In this document: positions 9,537 to 19,749 of the stretch, piece after piece
Layout of the letters: every line of letters begins with the position of its first letter
Position numbering within the stretch: the first letter of the stretch is position 1
Virus record (IMG/VR): IMGVR_UViG_3300020468_000007
Location: 1-59,155 of that record
DNA length: 59,155 nt
Reading direction: 5' to 3' (one strand)
Origin: a virus
Taxonomy: Duplodnaviria; Caudoviricetes
The notes under the pieces: model-generated
Told to the model about the DNA's origin: nothing
What the model saw: only the letters and a program-made list of their open reading frames with translations
Database searches by the model: none
Position numbers and translations under genes: made by a program

Positions 9537-12500
9537 ATGGCTACTTATACACTTGGAGATCCCATCAAAGAAGATCAACAGGTTTCTTCTCAGGTGACAC
9601 CCACGACCGGGGGCTACACACTTGGGGATCCCGTCGAAGAAAAAGGTTTCTTTGAAACAGTTGGGGATGTCGCGGTAAACACTGCCGGGAACATTGGATC
9701 TAACATTACAGACATTTCCAAAGGTGTTTTTTCTGGTCTCATTAACATTCCTACCGGGGTCTTGCAACTCGGAACTCTAGGCATTGACGCTGCCTTTGAC
9801 ACCAATACTACAAGAGCAGTAACAGAAGCTTCCAACTATGTTAAGGATGTAACAGGTCTCAGACCTACCGGAACTGCGGGGCAAGTTGCAGAAGGCATAA
9901 CTACTTTTGCCTCTGCTTTTATACCTGTGGTTGGTTGGCTTGGTCGTGCTTCAACGGTTGCCCGTGGCGGAACATTACTACCGAGCGCAGGAGCTTCAAC
10001 TCTTTCCAAATTTGGACAGTCAGCCGTTGACTTTGGTAGCTCTGGACTTGGTAAAACTTTATTAAAAACTAGAACAAGACAAGCTGTAACCACAACTCTT
10101 GCTTCCGGTTCTGCGGATATTTTTGTGGCTCCTGACGGTACAAAGACAATGTCTGATTCCTTCGATGGATTGCCTGAGATGTTACAAACAGAAAGTGACA
10201 CAGGGCTTCTAGGAAGAGATGAAGCTGGGCGAGTTTTTCGCAATAAACTCCGTGTTGGGGCCGAGGGCACTGTGTTTGCCGGAGCTTTCGAGGCAGCGTT
10301 CCCTGTTATAAAAGGAGTTACCTACGGCGCTGGACAGGTTATGGGAGCCACGGGTGCCGCTTCCGCTTTGAGTAAAGGCTTTGATAAATTGGGTGATACT
10401 TTGGTTAAAGTACCAAAGCTACAACAATGGTTTACCACCGCCGGGTCTACCCCAAAAGATTTTGCTGAAGATATTCTTTCTGCGGAGGGCATTAGAGATC
10501 AGCTAACAGACACTGCCGCCAAAAACTTTGTAGCGTTTGAAACCGCAGTGAAGAAAACTGTAAAGGGACAAGGTCTTTTTGGCAGGGGTAAAGAGGGCAT
10601 TCAAAAAGCTATGACTGATCTTAACGTATTCCTTGAGGGGGATATAAAAGCCCTTGATGGATACGATTCCTCTGTCAAAGCTGCTGCTCAAACCATGAGG
10701 GGGCAGATAGATGGACTGTCAGATCTTTTATCTGTTCAATTAAAATCAGCTAAAGATGCCGGAGAGATATCAGCTAAAAAAGCAGAATCCATCCTTCAAG
10801 AATTTGAAACCAATCAATTGAAATATATACGTCGTGTATATGAACTGCACTTAGATCCGAACAAAATAATAGATCCTAAAATTTTACAGTCCAAGCAATA
10901 CATGAAAGCGGTTGACGAAGTAGCTAAGTTTTACAAAAACTCTCAAAACGCAAAGATAGATAAAAAAGTTAAGGGATATGTTAAGGGTGATGAAGGTAAG
11001 ATAAAAACGGATGAAGAACTAACTCAACTAGCTAAACTGTTTACTGCTAAACAGCTTGGCTTAGACATGATTGAAAACGGGTTAACTCCCGAAGCCGCAG
11101 CCAAACTTGCCGCAAAAAGTGCAGAGCAGGGGAAGGACATGGTCAAGGGAAGGGTTCCTTTGTATAAGTTGTCCGAAAGTTTGTTTAAGAAAAGAATAGG
11201 TGTTCTAGATGCTGCTCCTACTCTTAGAAAAATAATGGGTGAGATCACCGATCCAAGACAACGATATCTCAGAACAGTAGGAGACATGAGTTCCTCCTTT
11301 GCTTCTCTTGGACTTTATAGAGCACTTGCGAACAACCCTAGCTACACAAAAACTTTATCTGATGTTGTAGAAGCACAAAATGCTGGCAGTTCTTTAAGAC
11401 CTTTAATTGTTGACGCTGGGGAACAATCCGGGAAAGAGTTGGAAAAATTTGCAGCACAGACTGGCTATAAGATGCTACCACTGGATGCTAAATCTGTGTT
11501 TGGCGGAGAGTTTGGAGCATTAAGTGGTAAGGCAGTAGCCCCAGAAATATACAACGCTCTTACTGTAGTTGGTAAAAATAAAAATTTTTTTAACGAAGTG
11601 TTAGCTGCATCACTGGTCGCAAAAGGTTTATCCCAAGTTGCTAAGACCGTGTTAAACCCATTAGCACAGATTCGTAACTTTAACTCCGGTTCTTTTATGA
11701 TTATGGCTAACGGTAACGTACCGCGTAACCTAGAACTTGGAGAGTCGATGCGTCTTACTTTAGGTAAGGGAGCTAACTTAGATCAAAAAGAATTTAAGCA
11801 GGTGTATGATTTTCTAGGTCGCGCAGGTATCCGTGATCAAAATATCGTTGTTAATGAGTTTCGCCAGCTTTTAAATGAGGGGTCAAATGTAGCGACAGGC
11901 AGTAGGCAAGCTGGTGCCGTACAATCATTTATGGATAAAGCTCCTATTATATCCGGCTTGCAAAAAATATACTCCGGTACTGATACTTTTTGGAAAGTTG
12001 CAGGGTACTTTGCAGAAAAAGGAAAGTATGCAGCAGCATTTAAAAAGGCTGGCTTAAACGCATCTTTGAAAGATGAAGTTGGATCCGTTGTTCAGAAGCA
12101 ACTTGTAGATCAGAAAATTGCACCTCGATCCTCGGCTCTTGATATGGAAGGGCTAGATAAAATAGATTTTGTAGATGTCATGTCCACTGACATAGTCAAG
12201 AAAACCATGCCTACATATTCTAGAGTTCCCGCAGCCGTAAAAGCTGTTCGCAGAATTCCAATTGCAGGAAACTTTGTTGCGTTCCCCGCTGAAATAATTA
12301 GAAACACGGCTAACATAACAAGTCAAAGTCTTAAAGAAATGAGCTTTAAGGTGACCGACGAGTTGGTAGGTGCTATGGCTAAGAAGATAGCCACAGAGGC
12401 CGGGACTGAAGTTACAGAAGAAGTAACAAAACAGGCTATGAAAAAAGCTAATAGTATGGCCCGTGAAATAAGAGCCATCGGTGCTAGAAGAATGTCTGGA

Positions 12501-13859
12501 TACGTTGCTTCAGCATACGCAATACCAGTGGGTGCTGGCGCTGCTGCGAATAGTGTTCTTGAAATAACTCCCGAGCAGTCTGCTGCGCTGCAAAGAAGTC
12601 TTCCCAGTTTTTTAAGGGGTCATACCATTGTCCCCATGTCTAAACCTGAAGACGGTAAACTAGAGTATATAGATTTTAGTTACATGAACCCTTATGACTT
12701 TATGCTTGCTCCAGCAAGAAAAGCTTTGGAAATATACTCAGAAAAATCTGAGCTAGGTAAGTCAGATGTTGATGCCATTACCTCGGGTATGTGGGAAGGA
12801 TTCAAATCAATTGCTGAACCATTTGCAGGACAGTCTTTAGCCTTTGAAAGAGTCCAAGATATTATACCTTTTAGTGCAGGTGGACGAGGTGGAAGAACAC
12901 CATCAGGGGCAGAGATTTATGACGAGTCAGACCTAGAAGCAGGTTTCCCTTGGGAAAAAAGCGTTAACCATGTCCTTGGAGGATTTAACCCGGGATTAGT
13001 GGAGATGTTTTACAAAGAAAACAGAGGGAGACTTGGACCCGGAAGAGTTACTAAAGCCCTAACTGGAGAACCGGGGCCATACGGTGAACAGTATTTTACA
13101 GAAGATGAAGCTTTGGCTTTGGTAACTGGCTTTAGAAAAATGGAACACAACAGCCGCAAGTCTTTAGGCTTTTTAGGCAACAGGTACTCTAAGCTACGCA
13201 ACCAAGCTTCAGGTAACTTTTCCTCAATAGCTAAAAGAAACGACGCTACCGAAGCAGAAATAATAGATAAATATGTGGAGCAAAACAACACCTTGAAAGT
13301 AATACAAGGTAAGTTAAAGCAGCAAATAGATGACGCTATCGCTTTAGGTATGTCTGAGAGCGATGTGCGTCGAACTTTAATCAAGGATGGTAAGGTTAGC
13401 GCCAAAGAACTTAGTGCTATAATGAGAGGTGAGTTTGCTCCTTTTAGAATTACTCCAAGTTTAATTCGTTCAATCAACATCGAAACCAACATTAAAGAAG
13501 AAAAAAGACTTACGCCCGTGTTACCGAGAGAAAAACTGTTTGATATTTTCGACTCATTAAGAGGATCCCCACTGTTAGTTCCTGACGAAGAGGAAGCTAT
13601 AGATGAGCCTCAAGGATCTGAAACAAACAATAACAGACCGACGTATAGTCTTGGACCTGTGTCACAAGCACAACCAGTACAACAATCACAACAAGTTGCT
13701 GCAACCTTGGCTCCTCCCGGGGTAGCGCAAGCGGGACCCACTACAGCCCCTTCGGTGGGTCCCGCATCCTCTACAACTACTGATCCAGCTACATTAGCAG
13801 CTATAATACCTAACCCAAGGGATCAGGTATTAGCCGCACGATTGAGAGGCACAGCATGA
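9537..13859 (+). CDS. Large internal virion (ejection) protein
   Basis: 1440 aa helical protein; FVAFPAEIIRNT and YIDFSYMNPY motifs; last gene of virion block. Confidence 0.6.
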   Translation: MATYTLGDPIKEDQQVSSQVTPTTGGYTLGDPVEEKGFFETVGDVAVNTAGNIGSNITDISKGVFSGLINIPTGVLQLGTLGIDAAFDTNTTRAVTEASNYVKDVTGLRPTGTAGQVAEGITTFASAFIPVVGWLGRASTVARGGTLLPSAGASTLSKFGQSAVDFGSSGLGKTLLKTRTRQAVTTTLASGSADIFVAPDGTKTMSDSFDGLPEMLQTESDTGLLGRDEAGRVFRNKLRVGAEGTVFAGAFEAAFPVIKGVTYGAGQVMGATGAASALSKGFDKLGDTLVKVPKLQQWFTTAGSTPKDFAEDILSAEGIRDQLTDTAAKNFVAFETAVKKTVKGQGLFGRGKEGIQKAMTDLNVFLEGDIKALDGYDSSVKAAAQTMRGQIDGLSDLLSVQLKSAKDAGEISAKKAESILQEFETNQLKYIRRVYELHLDPNKIIDPKILQSKQYMKAVDEVAKFYKNSQNAKIDKKVKGYVKGDEGKIKTDEELTQLAKLFTAKQLGLDMIENGLTPEAAAKLAAKSAEQGKDMVKGRVPLYKLSESLFKKRIGVLDAAPTLRKIMGEITDPRQRYLRTVGDMSSSFASLGLYRALANNPSYTKTLSDVVEAQNAGSSLRPLIVDAGEQSGKELEKFAAQTGYKMLPLDAKSVFGGEFGALSGKAVAPEIYNALTVVGKNKNFFNEVLAASLVAKGLSQVAKTVLNPLAQIRNFNSGSFMIMANGNVPRNLELGESMRLTLGKGANLDQKEFKQVYDFLGRAGIRDQNIVVNEFRQLLNEGSNVATGSRQAGAVQSFMDKAPIISGLQKIYSGTDTFWKVAGYFAEKGKYAAAFKKAGLNASLKDEVGSVVQKQLVDQKIAPRSSALDMEGLDKIDFVDVMSTDIVKKTMPTYSRVPAAVKAVRRIPIAGNFVAFPAEIIRNTANITSQSLKEMSFKVTDELVGAMAKKIATEAGTEVTEEVTKQAMKKANSMAREIRAIGARRMSGYVASAYAIPVGAGAAANSVLEITPEQSAALQRSLPSFLRGHTIVPMSKPEDGKLEYIDFSYMNPYDFMLAPARKALEIYSEKSELGKSDVDAITSGMWEGFKSIAEPFAGQSLAFERVQDIIPFSAGGRGGRTPSGAEIYDESDLEAGFPWEKSVNHVLGGFNPGLVEMFYKENRGRLGPGRVTKALTGEPGPYGEQYFTEDEALALVTGFRKMEHNSRKSLGFLGNRYSKLRNQASGNFSSIAKRNDATEAEIIDKYVEQNNTLKVIQGKLKQQIDDAIALGMSESDVRRTLIKDGKVSAKELSAIMRGEFAPFRITPSLIRSINIETNIKEEKRLTPVLPREKLFDIFDSLRGSPLLVPDEEEAIDEPQGSETNNNRPTYSLGPVSQAQPVQQSQQVAATLAPPGVAQAGPTTAPSVGPASSTTTDPATLAAIIPNPRDQVLAARLRGTA

Positions 13860-14299
13860 ACAAAGATCAATTAAGACAAGAGCTTGCAGACGACGAGGGC
13901 TGCAAGTATGAGATATATTTAGACCATCTAAATCTGCCAACTTTCGGAATTGGGCACCTCATTACCGAGTCCGACCCAGAGTTTGGTGAACCTATTGGTA
14001 CGGAGGTATCCGAGGAGCGAGTGCGTAAAGCATTCAACTTGGATGTGGCTGTAACCATCGACGAATGCAAAGTATTGTACGATGACTTCGATGATCTGCC
14101 CGAAGAGGCACAATTAGTCATTTGCAATATGATGTTTAACATGGGTCGGCCTCGCCTATCCAAGTTCAAAGGCATGAAGGCTGGAGTTGATGCCCGGGAC
14201 TGGAATAAGGCCGCAGACGAGATGGTCGATTCGAGGTGGCATGATCAGGTTCCGAACCGGGCCAAGCGTTTGGTTAAGCGGATTCGTGATCTAGCTTAG
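13856..14299 (+). CDS. Phage lysozyme / endolysin (GH24, T4-lysozyme-like)
   Basis: DDEG..YEIYLDHLNLPTFGIGH, MMFNMG, AADEMVDSRW. Confidence 0.9.
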   Translation: MNKDQLRQELADDEGCKYEIYLDHLNLPTFGIGHLITESDPEFGEPIGTEVSEERVRKAFNLDVAVTIDECKVLYDDFDDLPEEAQLVICNMMFNMGRPRLSKFKGMKAGVDARDWNKAADEMVDSRWHDQVPNRAKRLVKRIRDLA

Positions 14300-14304
14300 T
14301 AACA

Positions 14305-14703
14305 ATGGCTACGAAGCTAAACGAAAACACAGAGGTTGCTCTACCTTTACGCAACATCATAAGCATGGTGGCTGCGGCAAGCGTAGCGACATGGGCATAT
14401 TTTGGTATCATAGAGAGGCTAAATCAGATAGAAACCAACATCACCATGATGGAAGCTGACTTGGGTCAGAACACAGAGTTTAGAATAAAATGGCCCCGAG
14501 GTGAGATGGGGTCACTGCCAGCCGATTCGGAACAGTTTATGCTGATAGAACATCTGTCGAATCAGTTGGATGATTTGTCCGCACAGATAGATGAGGGCAA
14601 AGCCCCATATGACCAGCAGCAGAAGCTAACACTAGAGTTTTACGAAAAGCGTTTAAATGCATTAGAAGAAAACTTGGAGAAGATGAGAAATGGAAATCAT
14701 TAA
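14305..14703 (+). CDS. Membrane-anchored coiled-coil protein (lysis-region hypothetical)
   Basis: One N-terminal TM segment then coiled coil; follows lysozyme. Confidence 0.55.
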   Translation: MATKLNENTEVALPLRNIISMVAAASVATWAYFGIIERLNQIETNITMMEADLGQNTEFRIKWPRGEMGSLPADSEQFMLIEHLSNQLDDLSAQIDEGKAPYDQQQKLTLEFYEKRLNALEENLEKMRNGNH

Positions 14704-14911
14704 AACCATAACTCTCATACTATATATGGGCGGTGATGTAGCTGAACACACCGCCTACGAAAAGATATCCAAATGTCTTAAAGCCAAGCGCACTATTGAA
14801 AGAAATCTGTATAAGAAAAGCCAGTCCGTCAGGTACTCATGCGAGAACAAGACCGTTGAGGTATCAAAAAATGCAGATGGCACTAGCTACATTGTAAAAA
14901 TAATAGAGTAA
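14690..14911 (+). CDS. Hypothetical protein
   Basis: 73 aa, overlaps upstream gene, GGAG upstream. Confidence 0.6.
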   Translation: MEIIKTITLILYMGGDVAEHTAYEKISKCLKAKRTIERNLYKKSQSVRYSCENKTVEVSKNADGTSYIVKIIE

Positions 14912-15027
14912 AACTAACCAAAAACTAATCCCAGCATAAAACTAAGGAACCAGAGGCTAATCAGTAGCATTGTTAAGTCACTGTGTTTACTATATAAAAA
15001 CATCGATTCTCGTGGAGCTCGTGATTA

Positions 15028-15210
15028 ATGAACGTACCAGTATACCCTCAAGGCCCTGAGAATCGCTGTCCGAGGTGTCAAGCACCGCTAAAAGTGATCC
15101 AAGTGCACGGTCATGGGCAGTGCGCTTACTGTAAAGCAGTGATCGACGACTGTTGTCAGGGCGAGACATGTTCAGTTACGTCTTCAGACCAGAAATCTTG
15201 TCGCACCTAG
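15028..15210 (+). CDS. Small Cys/His-rich zinc-finger-like protein
   Basis: CPRC...VHGHGQCAYC...DDCCQGE. Confidence 0.55.
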   Translation: MNVPVYPQGPENRCPRCQAPLKVIQVHGHGQCAYCKAVIDDCCQGETCSVTSSDQKSCRT

Positions 15211-15382
15211 CACCGCTAACTACAAATTGTTCCAGCTTCGAGTCGTTCATTACTTCGATGGTCATCTCTGCTGCTCGGTCGTTGCACTGACCAATGGTTT
15301 CATACGGACCTCGAGTATCCTCGAATACCTTACAGTCTGATGTATTAACAACCAGACACACTAATATCATTGCTTCAAACAT
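15176..15382 (-). CDS. Hypothetical small Cys-containing protein
   Basis: MFEAMILVC...C...RGPYET..QC; GGAG RBS. Confidence 0.65.
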   Translation of the reverse strand: MFEAMILVCLVVNTSDCKVFEDTRGPYETIGQCNDRAAEMTIEVMNDSKLEQFVVSGARCDKISGLKT

Positions 15383-15387
15383 TATCT

Positions 15388-15864
15388 TTACTCCACAAGA
15401 GTTTCTATTGGTTGCAGTGCTTTATCGGGCACAAAATAGCAGGGCCTACCAGTGAACGTCTGCCAATACTCTTCTTTTTTCCCCAGTTTTCCAGTGCACC
15501 AACCAGCTAATAATATATCTGGAGCATCTTGAGTAATTGCAACCACGAATTTTTTATCGTCGTCGTCTTTGGGGTGAAGAATTAAATTTCTTCCCTTTTC
15601 TGTTCTTGTCCGAACTTCAACTCCGTTATTACCACCCACATCTGTGGTTCCATGTTGCCCCACGTTACCCGTCCAAAATTTATTTAAAGCTTTAGCTACT
15701 GCCATTTCACCCAACACCCCTGTCAAGCACAAACCAACAGCAGAACCAAAATCATTGGCTGCGCCATACCTTGCCTTACGACCTTGTTTAAAGTTTTGAA
15801 CTTGTTGTTGCCCTGCAATTTGCACAGCCAGCAACATTTCTGCGTAAGATAACCTTACAATCAT
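15388..15864 (-). CDS. Hypothetical protein, possible PD-(D/E)xK-like nuclease
   Basis: GVLGEMAVAK ... TDVG..VEVRT pattern. Confidence 0.45.
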   Translation of the reverse strand: MIVRLSYAEMLLAVQIAGQQQVQNFKQGRKARYGAANDFGSAVGLCLTGVLGEMAVAKALNKFWTGNVGQHGTTDVGGNNGVEVRTRTEKGRNLILHPKDDDDKKFVVAITQDAPDILLAGWCTGKLGKKEEYWQTFTGRPCYFVPDKALQPIETLVE

Positions 15865-17735
15865 TCTACTTCCCCCCAGTTATCCACCAAAGCCATGTCA
15901 ACTTCAAATGGTACGTTAAGTTTCGGGATACAATTTTCCATAATATCAACTATCCTATCTGCCTGCTCTTTAGATTCGATGCTAAAACAAAGCTCATCAT
16001 GTACGGTTAACATAGGAAGCAGGCCCTCCTTATAACAGTCCACCATCGCTTTCTTTGTCTGGTCGGCACTCGAACCTTGGATTAGTTTGTTCAGCGCCTT
16101 GTATGTAAAAGCACGACGTATCATGCCCTTGCCGCCATACTCCTTGGCAGCTTCCTCGAGCTTCATAGCTTTGTTGTAGCCGAAAGACTTAGGCTCCCAC
16201 ATATCAAACCTGCACTTGCGACCAAGCCATGTTCTGATAGCACCGTTGGTAGCTGCTGTCCCGGCTGCTAGATCTGCAATACCTTTCACAAAAGGCACCC
16301 TTTCATGGTACTTTTCAAGCAAGGTCTTGGCTTCTTCTTCCTCGATGTCCATCACACCAGCCAGCTTCTTGCGCCCCATACCGTACATGATACCGAGGTT
16401 TACAGTCTTGGCCTCCTTACGGGTTATCTCAGCAAGGTCTGCTACCATCTGGTGGAAGTCAGCGTTGCCCTCTTTATACATTTCAACTACAGTATCAATT
16501 TGAGGATGACGATTTACCCCGGTCAGTTGAGCGCAGTAATGCGCTAACCATCGAGGCTCTTGAGAAGCATAGTCAAAGCTGCCCCACTTCATGCCTTCTT
16601 CTGGCAGGAACAGGCCACGGATTAAAGACTTAATCTCTGGATCTCTCGCCGGGATCTGTTGTAAGTTCGGGTTGCTGGATGAAAACCTACCTGTTACCGT
16701 GCCGCCCTCATCAGAACGCAGAGGATTAAAATCACAATGAATGCGACCATTACACGAATGTTCAAGGATTGTCTCAACAAAGGTAGTATTTGCCTTGTTA
16801 AATTCACGCAACTTCACAATCTTCTGTGCAATTGGGTGAGGGTGGTTCACAAGAAACTGTTTTGTAAAGGAGGGAGCATCCGTATTTTTTGTCCTTTTGT
16901 ACGAGATCCCAAGAGAGTCGAACGCTCGTGCTATAGATGCAGCTTCCCAAGGGGAGACAGCGACCCCTGTCTCTTCCTTTATTTGTTTAAGTAAAACATC
17001 CTCTCGTTTCTTTAAATCCCCCTTGACCAACTCAGCTTTGTCTATGTCAACCCGAACGCCTTTAGTCTTCATGTCTAACAGGCATGGCAGAAGACTGGAC
17101 TCTAATTCAAAGATGCCACTAACTTCATCCTTGACAATATCAGAACGCAACCTGTCCCACAGACGCAGGGTTACCGCAGCATCTTGCTCCGCATATCTTC
17201 CAACGAAGTTAGCATGCAACTGCCACATACCAGACTTGGCATCAACACCATGCATTTCAGCAGCGGAACGAAGCATCTTTTCGTTCTTCCACTCACCGAG
17301 ATACTCACCAGCTAGTGAGTTTAGATTGTAATACCTTCTGTTCTCATTGAGCACAGGGGCAGCTATCATAGTATCGATAATTTTACCCTGCACCTCTATG
17401 CCAGCCCACCGTAGCCAACCAAGATCATACATAGCGTTATGCATAACCTTCTCAATGTTCGGTGTTTCAAGCTGCTTCTTTAACCAGTTGATAACAATCT
17501 TTTCCGGCATATTTCCACCAGCCTCGTGGCGGATAGGAAAGTAACCAACGAAGTCTCCTGCCGCTACAGCAAAACCAATGACGTAGCCATCGTTCCTACA
17601 CCATCCCGGTCCCAGTGTAGTCAGATTTGGATCTCTGGTTTCCAAGTCAATCGCTATGCGCTCACAGTTTGTAAGGTCAGGCAGTGACGACGGAGGTGCC
17701 CACTCTTCTTCTTCATCAAATAAATCAGTCTTCAT
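15861..17735 (-). CDS. polA: DNA polymerase family A with 3'-5' exonuclease
   Basis: Exo motifs IDLET, HNAMYD, YAEQDA; TGRFSSSNPNLQQIP; motif A DYASQEPR; motif B RKEAKTVNLGIMYG; motif C TVHDEL. Confidence 0.97.
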   Translation of the reverse strand: MKTDLFDEEEEWAPPSSLPDLTNCERIAIDLETRDPNLTTLGPGWCRNDGYVIGFAVAAGDFVGYFPIRHEAGGNMPEKIVINWLKKQLETPNIEKVMHNAMYDLGWLRWAGIEVQGKIIDTMIAAPVLNENRRYYNLNSLAGEYLGEWKNEKMLRSAAEMHGVDAKSGMWQLHANFVGRYAEQDAAVTLRLWDRLRSDIVKDEVSGIFELESSLLPCLLDMKTKGVRVDIDKAELVKGDLKKREDVLLKQIKEETGVAVSPWEAASIARAFDSLGISYKRTKNTDAPSFTKQFLVNHPHPIAQKIVKLREFNKANTTFVETILEHSCNGRIHCDFNPLRSDEGGTVTGRFSSSNPNLQQIPARDPEIKSLIRGLFLPEEGMKWGSFDYASQEPRWLAHYCAQLTGVNRHPQIDTVVEMYKEGNADFHQMVADLAEITRKEAKTVNLGIMYGMGRKKLAGVMDIEEEEAKTLLEKYHERVPFVKGIADLAAGTAATNGAIRTWLGRKCRFDMWEPKSFGYNKAMKLEEAAKEYGGKGMIRRAFTYKALNKLIQGSSADQTKKAMVDCYKEGLLPMLTVHDELCFSIESKEQADRIVDIMENCIPKLNVPFEVDMALVDNWGEVE

Positions 17736-17979
17736 CTATCCGCTCCAAAGCATCTATGGGGTGTTGTGTCCACACAAATATAGGTGTTCCTTTACCTACA
17801 TAAGCACCGGATACGTTAAACGAAAAGTATTCCACTGCTTCCTCGTGAGTCATGTCATGTTCTTCTACAAGGATCTCAATACATTTCGCAGCATCATATG
17901 CCAAGACGTTATCGTCCCCGCATCTTTCAGCTATACCTATTATAGCATTATCAAAGCCATCAGCTATCATCGCAGTCAT
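17725..17979 (-). CDS. Conserved phage hypothetical protein
   Basis: ADGFDNAIIG...EEAVEYFSFNVSGAYVGKGTPIF. Confidence 0.7.
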   Translation of the reverse strand: MTAMIADGFDNAIIGIAERCGDDNVLAYDAAKCIEILVEEHDMTHEEAVEYFSFNVSGAYVGKGTPIFVWTQHPIDALERIDED

Positions 17980-18238
17980 TTATAATCTCTCCTCCAAGTG
18001 CAGCATAACCTATGATATCTACCCACGAGTCATCCTTAGACATGTCCTCGGCTAATCTAGCCAGTTTCAGTCCAATCATGCAAGCGACCACCTGTTCTGG
18101 TGTTACACACCTACCGAGCACAACACTCCATATGGTTGCTATACGCTCGTGGTTGAACTTAGCTGGTCCATACTCCTTGGCCCTCGGACCGTTGATTAGC
18201 TCTTCGGCTTTATTAAGAAAGTCTTCTCGTGTTTTCAT
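17960..18238 (-). CDS. DUF6378-like (dNTP diphosphohydrolase-like) protein
   Basis: INGPRAKEYG...RIATIWS...MIGLKLAR...DSWVDIIGYAAL. Confidence 0.75.
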   Translation of the reverse strand: MKTREDFLNKAEELINGPRAKEYGPAKFNHERIATIWSVVLGRCVTPEQVVACMIGLKLARLAEDMSKDDSWVDIIGYAALGGEIINDCDDS

Positions 18239-19749
18239 AGCGGAAATCCATAGTGTGATTGTGATTCAATAATATGTAGTGACTTACGAGCACGAGTCAG
18301 CCCGACGTAGAACGTCCGAACTTCGGAGTCCTGATCAAGGCTTTCAGCGCATGCTCTGGATGAGTCTAGTAATAGAGCGACGTTATCCGCCTCGCCACCT
18401 TTTGCTTTGTGAATCGTCGATATCTTGATCCTCGGGGTCCCAGTCAAAATAGACTCGCCCATACGACGTACTGATGTAATGTATATTCTCTCCGTCTCGC
18501 TCACCCGCAGCACTTCGTACCACGGTGTCTCCTTCGTTGCTGACAGGGAGCACTGGCTCTGAATATCGGTTAGCCTGTAAGTTTGTTCGGGGTCTAAGTT
18601 TGCGAGGACTTTCTTGCCAGCCTTTGTAATTATGGTTGGCGTTAATAAGGTGGACAGCTTCTTCAACTCTTGTGCAGACAGTTCCTGATCCTTGCATAGT
18701 TTTAACCATACCTCGATACCTGTTAATACATTTGGAGAAATGGACCAACCGGAACCTTCACGCCAGTACAGGAACCCTTGTTCTTTGAGGTCACTTGCGA
18801 TTCTGTTGGCGATGTAATTGGTACGAGCAAGGATTAGCCACTCACCAGTTGTTATGTCCACATCCATGATATCACGATGCCAGACTATACTTCCAGTTTC
18901 TTTAGTGCTTGACCAAGTTTTTTCTTGTCTCGTTTGCAGGCGCTTAACTAAGTTATCTGCTTCTTTATGTATAGATATGGGAAGACGATATGATTTATCT
19001 AATACTATCTTATTATCGCATGCCCCCAAGAAATCTCTTACGTTCACACCCATCCAAGAATAGATGCACTGATCATCATCTCCAGCGTAGTATATGCGCT
19101 TGGCATTGGGCTTCATTACTTCATGCACCATACGCCACTGAAGCGGGACAAGATCCTGTGCTTCGTCCACAATCAAGACATCGAGTAGCGGACACTCGCC
19201 CTGCTCGATAAAGTTCTCGATCATGTCTACAAAGTCTACCTTGCCTGTCTTTCTTTTGTAGTCATTCAAAACTTGGTTTACCAACTTTAGCTGCTGGTAG
19301 TGTAGTCTGCGGTCAGCGGTCTCATTAAATTGATCCTCAACGCTAATCCCCTTGACCCTCGCCATTTGGATGATGGACATGTACGCATCACCACTTTTCC
19401 CGGGAGAGAATAAAAGCCCATCCGCCATAGTCACTGAGGAGTTAGAACTAAACTCAAGACCTAGCAGCTTTCCTAACTCTGAGTAGTCTTTACCACTTAA
19501 CACTTGTTTTGTAGTAAGCCCCAACACCTGAAACGCAAAGCTATGTAGTGTGCGAAACCAGATCATCTGATTTACATCCATGTTCAGCTTTGATGCGGCC
19601 CTCTCTCGAGCTTCTTCTGCCGCCTTACGACTGAACGAAACAAATGCTATAGACTCTGGTCTAGTGCCACTGTCCAGTTCCTGTTGTACGATCTCAATCA
19701 ACCGTGTTGTCTTGCCCGTGCCCGGGGGTCCGAAGATAGTTGTTTCCAT
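18235..19749 (-). CDS. UvrD/Rep superfamily 1 helicase
   Basis: GPPGTGKT, RTLHSF, VDEAQD, GDDDQCIY, STIHKAKGGE, YVGLTRA. Confidence 0.93.
   Translation of the reverse strand: METTIFGPPGTGKTTRLIEIVQQELDSGTRPESIAFVSFSRKAAEEARERAASKLNMDVNQMIWFRTLHSFAFQVLGLTTKQVLSGKDYSELGKLLGLEFSSNSSVTMADGLLFSPGKSGDAYMSIIQMARVKGISVEDQFNETADRRLHYQQLKLVNQVLNDYKRKTGKVDFVDMIENFIEQGECPLLDVLIVDEAQDLVPLQWRMVHEVMKPNAKRIYYAGDDDQCIYSWMGVNVRDFLGACDNKIVLDKSYRLPISIHKEADNLVKRLQTRQEKTWSSTKETGSIVWHRDIMDVDITTGEWLILARTNYIANRIASDLKEQGFLYWREGSGWSISPNVLTGIEVWLKLCKDQELSAQELKKLSTLLTPTIITKAGKKVLANLDPEQTYRLTDIQSQCSLSATKETPWYEVLRVSETERIYITSVRRMGESILTGTPRIKISTIHKAKGGEADNVALLLDSSRACAESLDQDSEVRTFYVGLTRARKSLHIIESQSHYGFPL

Noticed and set aside
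9540-9640. YTLGDP duplicated at the N-terminus of the 1440-aa protein
   Set aside because: Short local duplication in a flexible leader; no further evidence of function
1494-13492. Numerous minus-strand ORFs over structural genes (and plus-strand ORFs over replication genes)
   Set aside because: Shadow frames of tightly coupled, motif-supported genes on the opposite strand
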